Positions 52,920 to 62,596 of a stretch of 64,000 bases of DNA are shown piece by piece. Under the pieces are notes generated by a model that was given only the letters and a program-made list of their open reading frames with translations, was not told the origin of the DNA and did no database searches. Positions within the stretch are counted from its first letter, which is position 1. Each line of letters opens with the position of its first letter. Location: the NCBI GenBank assembly GCA_965205605.1, contig CBDBHE010000002.1, forward strand, positions 107,944-171,943. The letters run 5' to 3'. The position numbers were made by a program, and so were the translations under genes. This DNA comes from Spirochaetota bacterium (GTDB taxonomy: Bacteria; Spirochaetota; UBA12135; COTS27; CBDBHE01).

Positions 52920-55900
52920 ATGAGGAAAAAATTAAAAATTAAGAGTTTATTAATAAAAAAATCGTATTTTTTTAAAATTTTACTTAAAACAATATTTTTA
53001 ACAAAATTAACAAAAATAGCATTGATTATTTTTGGTATGTTACTTTTAAGTTATGCAGCAGTGACACCACTTGCACAAGGAGTTTTTGAAGCAGAATTAA
53101 CAAATTTACTACCAGCAAGGAATGTTGTTATTAGGAGTTACTTAAAAGGGACTGATTTTGTTCCTGGTCAAGACTGGACTTATAGGGAAATTGGGGATGG
53201 TTTTAATCCTCACCAAAATCTTATTGAAAAGAGTGGTGCGACTCCTATTGTTCAGACTACTTTTGGGCCTAGGCTAGATGGGACTCAGTATTTTGAAGTC
53301 ATGCCTAGCTTAAATAGTGGTACATTGGATAGTCTTGGTATTCCTAGTACTGATGCTGATGTTAATAGCTATCGACTTTTAGGGTCTTCTACTGTTGGCG
53401 ATGATACTGATGATATTGATGTTAATGATATTGAACACACGACTTTAATGCATTTTTATTATGAAGGGGGGAGTGTTATTATTTCTGTATTAAACTCAGG
53501 TGGTGGTCGTCTTACATATGCGGATCACTTTGGACGTAATATAAGTAATAATGATAGGGGATACGCGGGGCTTCAAAAGAAAGAAAATGATAGAGCTCCT
53601 GCAACGAGTTTTACTATAGCTTCTACTTGGCTTGAAGATATTAGTTCTTTGATTAGCACTGGAAGGATAAGAGGGAGTTTAGTGCTAGAGGCAGGTAACT
53701 TTTATACCCTTTGTATTGTAAAAAAGTTCCCTCATACGACTGCTTTTTTGATTAAGACTACTAATGAAAATACGTCGAAGGATGAAGGAGGTGCTCCGTT
53801 CCCTGAGGGTGTTTATGGTCTTTATAACAGAGATGGGTCAGATAACCCCTGGAGATTTAGGGATGCTTTAAGAAATGTTACAGGTCTTGGGGGGCCAGGT
53901 TATCAACAGGTTGGGGATAATTTTAAAGGAATTATTTACCAAGTTTTGAGTTTGAAAGGTGCTTATACTTTGGAGGAACTTGGACAAATTGACTCTTATA
54001 TAAAAGAAAATCAGTATGGAAAGATCACAAGTATTTTTTCTAATAATGCAGCAGGTTCGATTGCTACTATAAGAGGAGAGAGGTTTGGTGCTTCGAGTGC
54101 TATAGGTCGTAATGTTTTATTTGATTCGAGAAAAATTACAGCGGAAACTTGGTCTGATACAGAAGTGTCATTTAGAATCCCAAATGACGCTCAAGTAGGA
54201 ATCCACAAAATTAGCGTACAAACTTCTTTTGCTGCGGGGAGTGAAATCGATTTTACAGTAGCTCCACAACCAGCATCACTTGGTGAAGAGATTCTTGAAG
54301 GAGAATTAACAAGTTTACTATCAGGAAGAAGTGTTGTTATTAGGAGTTACTTAAAAGGGACTGATTTTGTTCCTGGTCAAAACTGGCCTTATAGGGAAAC
54401 TGGGGATGGTTTTAATCCTTACCAAAGACTTATTGAAAAGAGTGGTACGACTCCTATTGCTCAGACTACTTTTGGTCCTAGGCTAGATGGGACTCAGTAT
54501 TTTGAAGTCACTCCTAGCCTTAACACTAATAGATTGGATAGTCTTGGTATTCCTAGTACTGATGCTGATGTTGATAGCTATCGACTTTTAGGGTCTTCTG
54601 CTAGCGGCGATTATAATGATATTCAACACACGACTTTAATGCATTTTTATTATGAAGGGGGAAGTGTTATTCTTTCTGTATTAGACTCAGGTGGTGGTCG
54701 TCTTACATATGCGGATCACTTTGGGCAAACTGGCCTAAGTACTTTTGATGGGGGATACGCAGGGCTTCAAAAGAAAGAAAATGATAGAGCTCCTGCAACG
54801 AGTTTTACTATAGCTTCTACTCGGGTTGAAAATATTTCTGGTTCGCGTTACAGTGGAAGGATAAGAGGGGGTTTAGTGCTAGAGGCAGGTAACTTTTATA
54901 CCCTTTGTATTGTAAAAAAGTTCCCTCATACGACTGCTTTTTTGATTAAAACTACTAATGCAGCAAATATAGCGACAGTGGAAGGTAATCCTCCGTTCCC
55001 TGAGGGTGTTTATGGTCTTTATAACACCGATACCGGCTGGAGATTTAGGAGTGCTTTAAACAATATTATAGGTCTTGGGGGGCCAGGTTATCAACAGCTT
55101 GGGGATAATTTTAAAGGAATTATTTACCAAGTTTTGAGTTTGAAAGGTGCTTATACTTTGGAGGAACTTGGACAAATTGACTCTTATATAAAAGAAAATC
55201 AATATTCAAAGATCACAAATATTTTTTCTGATGGAGGTGGTGATCCGCTTCCAAGTTCGATTGCTACTATAAGAGGAGAGAGGTTTGGTGCTTCGAGTGC
55301 TATAGGTCGTAATGTTTTATTTGATTCGAGAAAAATTACAGCGGAAACTTGGTCTGATACAGAAGTGTCATTTAGAATCCCAAGTGATGCTCAAGCAGGA
55401 ACGCACAAAGTTAGTGTAGAAACTTCTTTTGCTCCGGGGAATGAAATCGATTTTACAGTAGTTCCACAACCAGCATCACTTGGTGAAAATACTTTTAAAA
55501 CAGAATTAGAAAATTTACTACCAGGAAGAAGTAATGTTGTTATTAGGAATTACTTAAAAGGGACTGATTTTGTTCTTGGTCAAAATTGGCCTTATAGGGA
55601 AACTGGGGATGGTTTTAATCCTCACCAAAGACTTATTGAAAGGAGTGGTGCGACTCCTATTGCTCAGACTACTTTTGGGCCTAGGCTAGATGGGACTCAG
55701 TATTTTGAAGTTATTCCTAGCTTAAATAGTGGTAGATTGAATAGTCTTGGTATTCCTATAAATAATGATGTTGATAGCTATCGACTTTTAGGGTCTTCTG
55801 CTAGCGGTGTTAATAATATTGAACACACGACTTTAATGCATTTTTATTATGAAGGGGGGAGTGTTATTCTTTCTGTATTAGACTCAGGTGGTGGTCGTCT

Positions 55901-58900
55901 TACATATGCGGATCACTTTGGGCAAACTGGCGGAAATGCTCCAACTCAGTTTGATAGGGGATACGCAGGGCTTCAAAAGAAAGAAAATGATAGAGCTCCT
56001 GCAACGAGTTTTACTATAGCTACTGCTACGAATGACAATTTTGGTTCGATTTACAGTGGAAAGATAAGAGGGAGTTTAGTGCTAGAGGCAGGTAACTTTT
56101 ATACCCTTTGTATTGTAAAAAAAGTCCCTCATACGACTGCTTTTTTGATTAAAACTACTAATGCAGCAAATATAGCGACAGTGGAAGGTAATCCTCCGTT
56201 CCCTGAGGGTGTTTATGGTCTTTATAATTTCGATAACGGCAACTGGAGATTTTCGGATGCTTTAAGAAATGTTACAGGTCTTGGGGGGCCAGGTTATCAA
56301 CAGGTTGGGGATAATTTTAAAGGAATTATTTACCAAGTTTTGAGTTTGAAAGGTGCTTATACTTTGGAGGAACTTGGACAAATTGACTCTTATATAAAAG
56401 AAAATCAATATTCAAAGATCACAAGTATTTTTTCTGATGGAGGTACTCATCCACTTTCTGCTTCTAATGCAGGTTCGGTTGCTACTATAAGAGGAGAGAG
56501 GTTTGGTGCTTCGAGTGCTATAGGTCGTAATGTTTTATTTGATTCGAGAAAAATTACAGCGGAAACTTGGTCTGATACAGAAGTGTCATTTAGAATCCCA
56601 AGTGATGCTCAAGCAGGAACGCACAAAGTTAGTGTAGAAACTTCTTTTGCTCCGGGGAATGAAATCGATTTTACAGTAGTTCCACAACCAGCATCACTTG
56701 GTGAAAATACTTTTAAAACAGAATTAGAAAATTTACTACCAGGAAGAAGTAATGTTGTTATTAGGAATTACTTAAAAGGGACTGATTTTGTTCTTGGTCA
56801 AAATTGGCCTTATAGGGAAACTGGGGATGGTTTTAATCCTCACCAAAGACTTATTGAAAGGAGTGGTGCGACTCCTATTGCTCAGACTACTTTTGGGCCT
56901 AGGCTAGATGGGACTCAGTATTTTGAAGTTATTCCTAGCTTAAATAGTGGTAGATTGAATAGTCTTGGTATTCCTATAAATAATGATGTTGATAGCTATC
57001 GACTTTTAGGGTCTTCTGCTAGCGGTGTTAATAATATTGAACACACGACTTTAATGCATTTTTATTATGAAGGGGGGAGTGTTATTCTTTCTGTATTAGA
57101 CTCAGGTGGTGGTCGTCTTACATATGCGGATCACTTTGGGCAAACTGGCGGAAATGCTCCAACTCAGTTTGATAGGGGATACGCAGGGCTTCAAAAGAAA
57201 GAAAATGATAGAGCTCCTGCAACGAGTTTTACTATAGCTACTGCTACGAGTGACAATTTTGGTTCGATTTACAGTGGAAAGATAAGAGGGAGTTTAGTGC
57301 TAGAGGCAGGTAACTTTTATACCCTTTGTATTGTAAAAAAAGTCCCTCATACGACTGCTTTTTTGATTAAAACTACTAATGCAGCAAATATAGCGACAGT
57401 GGAAGGTAATCCTCCGTTCCCTGAGGGTGTTTATGGTCTTTATAATTTCGATAACGGCAACTGGAGATTTTCGGATGCTTTAAGAAATGTTACAGGTCTT
57501 GGGGGGCCAGGTTATCAACAGGTTGGGGATAATTTTAAAGGAATTATTTACCAAGTTTTGAGTTTGAAAGGTGCTTATACTTTGGAGGAACTTGGACAAA
57601 TTGACTCTTATATAAAAGAAAATCAATATTCAAAGATCACAAGTATTTTTTCTGATGGAGGTACTCATCCACTTTCTGCTTCTAATGCAGGTTCGGTTGC
57701 TACTATAAGAGGAGAGAGGTTTGGTGCTTCGAGTGCTATAGGTCGTAATGTTTTATTTGATTCGAGAAAAATTACAGCGGAAACTTGGTCTGATACAGAA
57801 GTGTTATTTAGAATCCCAAGTGATGCTCAAGCAGGAACGCACAAAGTTAGTGTAGAAACTTCTTTTGCTCCGGGGAATGAAATCGATTTTACAGTAATTG
57901 TTACTACTCCACCTCCACCTCCTCCACCCCCACCTCTAGAATCACCATCACTTGGTGAAGAGATTCTTGAAGGAGAATTAACAAATTTACTACCAGGAAG
58001 GAATGTTGTTATTAGGAATTACTTAAAAGGGACTGATTTTGTTCCTGGTCGAAACTGGCCTTATAGGGAAACTGGGGATGGTTTTAATCCTCACCAAAGA
58101 CTTATTGAAAGGAGTGGTGCGACTCCTATTGCTCAGACTACTTTTGGGCCTAGGCTAGATGGGACTCAGTATTTTGAAGTCATGCCTAGCCTCAGGACTA
58201 ATGAATTGGATAGTCTTGGTATTCCTAGTACTGATGCTGATGTTAATAGCTATCGACTTTTAGGGTCTTCTGCTGGCGATGTTAATGATATTGAACACAC
58301 GACTTTAATGCATTTTTACTATGAAGGGGGGAGTGTTATTCTTTCTGTATTAGACTCAGGTGGTGGTCGTCTTACATATGCGGATCACTTTGGGCAAACT
58401 GGCCTAAGTGATTTTGATGGGGGATACGCAGGGCTTCAAAAGAAAGAAAATGATAGAGCTCCTGCAACGAGTTTTACTATAGCTTCTACTTGGCTTGAAG
58501 ATATTAGTCCTTCGACTAACAGTGGAAAGATAAGAGGGAGTTTAGTGCTAGAGGCAGGTAACTTTTATACCCTTTGTATTGTAAAAAAGATCCCTCATAC
58601 GACTGCTTTTTTGATTAAAACTACTAATGCAAATAATGGTCTTGATAACAACGATACAGATCCAAACGCCCAGGGATTTAGGGATGCTTTAAGAAATGTT
58701 ACAGGTCTTGGGGGGCCAGGTTATCAACAGATTGGGGATAATTTTAAAGGAATTATTTACCAAGTTTTGAGTTTGAAAGGTATTTATACTCCGGAGGAAC
58801 TTGAACAAATTGACTCTTATATAAAAGAAAATCAGTATGGAAAGATTACAAGTATTTTTTCTGATGGAGGTGGTGATCCGCTTATTTCTTCTAATAATGC

Positions 58901-59889
58901 AGGTTCGGTTGCTACTATAAGAGGAGAGAGGTTTGGTGCTTCGAGTGCTATAGGTCGTAATGTTTTATTTGATTCGAGAAAAATTACAGCGGAAACTTGG
59001 TCTGATACAGAAGTGTCATTTAGAATCCCAAATGACGCTCAAGTAGGAATCCACAAAATTAGCGTAGAAACTTCTTTTGCTCCGGGGAATGAAATCGATT
59101 TTACAGTAGTTCCATTTTCATTTGAGCTTCCACCAGGTAACCACCCTAGTGATGGTCTCGAAGGGCTCCCTGCAGCAACTGCAGATACTTTTAAATTGGG
59201 TGTTTCAAAAGGTATTGTAGTTTATAAAAATACTTTAAAGGATGAAAACTCTTTTATTTCTAGAAAAGGTTTTGTCAGAGTAACCCTTGATGGAACATCA
59301 CTTACTAAAACTGATACAATTAGAATTTTAGATGGTTCTAGACTTGTTTATGTACCTATTATTGAAAGAGTAGTGGGAAATTTAAATGATTTTGAAAATA
59401 ATAGAAATTATCATAAAGTTATTTTTAGAATTTATGAAAATAATTTAAAGGATTTTGCTGAAGGGGCTTATGATATTTCTTATCAAAGTTCTTTATCTAG
59501 AGAAACCATTCTTTATAAAAATGGTTTTTTTGTCGTTGATCAAAAAGGTGAGGGCGGTCAAAATAACAAAATTTCTTTTTTAAATGAATTGGTAGCACCA
59601 AGAGATGTTTTCTATAATTTAAAAAAAAATGCTAAACTCTACACGGTACCAATTGCACTTAAAGAAATATCTGTAGCAGAGACTACTGTTTGGATTGTTG
59701 ATATTAATGGTAAAAAACTTGCTAAAGTTCTTGAGACGACCCTATATGAAGGTATCAATAACCTTGAAATTGACTTTATTAATAATATGAAAGGAAAAAG
59801 GAGGTTATTTAGGGATTAACTTTCTTTTTATAGAAGCTTTAACAGATTTAGGACGTATTACTTCTTATACTCCAATTGTTCTTCATTAA
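52920..59889 (+). CDS. Giant exported repeat protein: 5 x (LamG/ConA-like jellyroll + IPT/TIG) and a C-terminal sorting-like domain (probable +1 frameshift near 59795-59799)
   Basis: N-terminal signal/TM. Each unit ends with FKGIIYQVLSLKGAYTLEELGQIDSYI (LamG-like tail) then ITSI..GS.ATIRGERFG..VLF..WSDTEVSFRIP (IPT/TIG). The ORF-track stop is 59819, but the likely natural end is GGYLGINFLFIEAL...PIVLH* at 59889. Confidence 0.85.
53085..59110 (+). repeat. Five tandem ~1.2-kb intragenic repeats
   Basis: Anchor ttaaaagggactgatttt at 53142, 54351, 55554, 56772 and 58023 (periods 1209, 1203, 1218, 1251 bp; all multiples of 3). Confidence 0.97.
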
Positions 59890-59923
59890 ATTAAAAAAAA
59901 CACAAATTGCATCTTGTGATAAT

Positions 59924-60704
59924 TTAAGTATTAGTTTGATTTAAGAAGTTTGGAATTTTTTTTAAATCTATCCAAGTTTCTTTTTTAAGTAAAGGATTAA
60001 TTGTTATTTCTTTTGGGTGGTGAGTGAAAACAATGGGTGTTTTTCTGTATGATAATATCTTTCCTCTTATTGTATTAAATTTAATTTCTTCTTCTTTTAT
60101 TGAAAACAAAAAACGATAAGTTATTTGACCAAATGCAATAATAAATTTTATTTTTGAATATTTAATTTCTTCTTCTAAATAATTTTTACAAACTTCCACA
60201 TCGCTTAAGTCATACGGAAGCTCTGTTGTAGAGGCACACTTTATAGCTGTTGTTATGTAACAGTCTTCATATTTAATATTCAGTGCTTTTAGTATTTTTT
60301 TTAATAAAATTCCATTTTTATCGGAAAAACAAAAACCTTGAATTTGATCATAAAAACTTGCTTGATCAGAGATAATCATAATATTTTTATTTTCATTACT
60401 TCCAAAATTTACAAAATTCTTTCTTTTTAAACATAAAAAGCATTTTTCGCATTTTTTTACTTTCTCTCTTAAAATATCAATTTTTGTTTTTTTTTCTTCA
60501 CTATCACTAGACAATATATTTTTTCTTACTTCAATTTTTTTTTATCATTGCTTCTTTATTATTGTAAGAATAATAGATCTTTTTATAAAAAGAAGAAACT
60601 GGGCTTAATAAATTTTTGATGAAAAGGGTTTCATTTAAGTAATAATGAATTTTTTTATAAATTAAATAATCTTTCTTAGGGATAATTAGCTTGTTATTTG
60701 TCAT
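59924..60704 (-). CDS. Uracil-DNA glycosylase family 4-like protein (degenerate motifs; probable frameshift in T-run ~60535-60543)
   Basis: CEKCFLC, IKC and VEVC Fe-S cysteines, THHP. An upstream ORF from ATG 60704 joins the 59924..60514 ORF if one base is removed. Confidence 0.75.
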
Positions 60705-61350
60705 AATTAATTTCTATTGCAAGGCTTAGTGTTAAATAAGAGTATGTTTCAAAAAAATGAAAATTAAACATCTGGTAAAAATTAATATTTAAAAAAGTAT
60801 TTTTATTCAGTTTAAATCCATATTTAATACCAGGTGAAAAAAAATAAGTAAATTTGTTTTCATAGTTTGCTTTTAAAATAATATTGCTTCCATTCTCTTT
60901 ACTTATTTTTCTAAAAATCTGTTTAATTAAAAAGCCTGAAGAAAGAACTAAAGAAAATTTATTTTTGTTGTAGGGTTTTTGATGAAATGTCATTAAAAAA
61001 CCAATAGGTATTTGAGTCTCTTCTAAAGAATTGATTTTATTATCTTGAGCTGATTCTTTGCTTTCTAAATATAACCCTCTTTTGAAATAACCTAGTAGAA
61101 TCCCTATCGAATTTTTAGGTTGATAAAGATAATGACTTGAAAATAAAAAATTATAATTAGGTAAATTTATAACGTCTTCATACACAATATCATTATTTTG
61201 ATCTATTTTATTTTTAATAATAGAAGTGAAAGAAAGACCGGTTTCAATTTCCCCTATATAAGAAGGGATAGAATAAGTGTTTTTAGAGGTAAAAAAAAAA
61301 ATTAAATAAAATACCTTTAGAAAAAAATAAAATTTAATTTTTTTTTGCAA
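60694..61350 (-). CDS. Outer-membrane beta-barrel-like hypothetical protein
   Basis: Signal peptide, alternating aromatic beta-strands, terminal LSLAIEINY strand. Confidence 0.5.
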   Translation of the reverse strand: MQKKIKFYFFLKVFYLIFFFTSKNTYSIPSYIGEIETGLSFTSIIKNKIDQNNDIVYEDVINLPNYNFLFSSHYLYQPKNSIGILLGYFKRGLYLESKESAQDNKINSLEETQIPIGFLMTFHQKPYNKNKFSLVLSSGFLIKQIFRKISKENGSNIILKANYENKFTYFFSPGIKYGFKLNKNTFLNINFYQMFNFHFFETYSYLTLSLAIEINYDK

Positions 61351-62416
61351 ATTTCTTTAAAAACTTTGTGAATTCTTCAATACCTTGTTTTGGAAAAGCA
61401 TTATAAATTGAAGCTCTAATACCTCCAACAGAACGGTGCCCTTTTAGACCTAAAAAATTAGCTTGTTCTGCTTTTTTTAGAAAAACACTTGTTAATGTTT
61501 TATTTGGAAGAGTGAATGTAATATTCATCATGGATCGATCTTCCTTATTAGCAGTGGGATGATAAATATGAGAATATTGATCTAAAGTATCATAAATAGC
61601 TTGTGATTTTTGTTTGTTTTGTTCTTCTATTTTTTTAATACCACCTAAATCTTTAATCCATTCCAAAACATAACTCATAACATAAATAGCAAAAACAGGA
61701 GGGGTGTTGAAACAACTTTGGTTTTTGCTAGCAACTTTATATGAATACATGGAAGGGATGTCTTCACGACATTTGCTTAATATGTTCTTTTTGATCCCAA
61801 GAATAGCGACTCCAGCGGGTCCTAAATTTTTTTGGGCACCAGCAAAAAAGATGTCGAATGAAGACATTTTTACTTTTCTAGATAAAATATCGGATGAAAA
61901 ATCACCAATTAAAGGGGATTTAACTTTTGGAAATTGGTGCCATTGAGTGCCAAAAATTGTATTATTAGAGCAAATGTAAGTATATAAAGCATTTTTTACT
62001 ATATTAAGATCTTTCGTTTTTGGTATAAAAGAAAAATTTTTTTTCTCAGAAGAAGCAGCAATATTTACTTTTCCAAAAAATTTAGCTTCTTTTATAGCTT
62101 TTTTAACCCAAGTGCCTGTTTCAATATAGTTGGCGACTTGGTTTTTTGATGTAAATAAATTCATAGGGATTTGAGCAAACATTGCTGAAGCTCCTCCGTG
62201 TAGGAAAAGAATGTCATATTGATTTTTTAAATCAAGTAGTGCAATAAAATCTTTTTTACAGTTTTCAAATATTTTTTTTACAAGGTTGGAACGATGGGAG
62301 ATTTCAATAATAGAATATCCTTTTTTTTGATAGTTAAGGAATTCTTTTTGGATTTTTTTAAGAACCTTTTCAGGAAGTGTTGCTGGACCAGGAGAGAAAT
62401 TATAAATTCGATTCAT
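61334..62416 (-). CDS. serC: Phosphoserine aminotransferase
   Basis: YNFSPGPA, SHRS, CSNNTIFG, AGAQKNLGP, NTPP, GHRSVGGIRASIYNA. Confidence 0.97.
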   Translation of the reverse strand: MNRIYNFSPGPATLPEKVLKKIQKEFLNYQKKGYSIIEISHRSNLVKKIFENCKKDFIALLDLKNQYDILFLHGGASAMFAQIPMNLFTSKNQVANYIETGTWVKKAIKEAKFFGKVNIAASSEKKNFSFIPKTKDLNIVKNALYTYICSNNTIFGTQWHQFPKVKSPLIGDFSSDILSRKVKMSSFDIFFAGAQKNLGPAGVAILGIKKNILSKCREDIPSMYSYKVASKNQSCFNTPPVFAIYVMSYVLEWIKDLGGIKKIEEQNKQKSQAIYDTLDQYSHIYHPTANKEDRSMMNITFTLPNKTLTSVFLKKAEQANFLGLKGHRSVGGIRASIYNAFPKQGIEEFTKFLKKFAKKN

Positions 62417-62447
62417 AAGATAGAAATTCTAAAAAATTTATTATTAA

Positions 62448-62485
62448 TAAGCAATTTTATCGTAAATAAGCAATTTTATCGTAAA
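62448..62485. repeat. Perfect 19-bp tandem duplication (taagcaattttatcgtaaa)x2 in a divergent promoter region
   Basis: Directly visible at 62448-62466 and 62467-62485. Confidence 0.85.
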
Positions 62486-62596
62486 AAATTCATTTTTTAT
62501 ATTTTTTTTTAAAAAATAAGTCCATTTAGTTGATTTAATTGAAACTATGAGTATAATTTTTTTAGTTAAAACGTTTACATAACAAAGGGGTAAAAA

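Noticed and set aside
53085-59110. Diversity-generating retroelement as the source of loop variation
   Set aside because: There is no reverse transcriptase or template repeat in the window. Differences include indels and many non-adenine changes (att/act, gtt/gct, tca/tta).
53085-59110. CRISPR-like array (constant blocks alternating with variable blocks)
   Set aside because: The blocks are parts of ~1.2-kb in-frame coding units, not 25-45 bp repeats with spacers, and no cas genes are present.
52629-59889. tRNA-anchored genomic island or prophage
   Set aside because: No integrase, no duplicated tRNA 3' end seen, and the giant gene lies on the tRNA 5' side.
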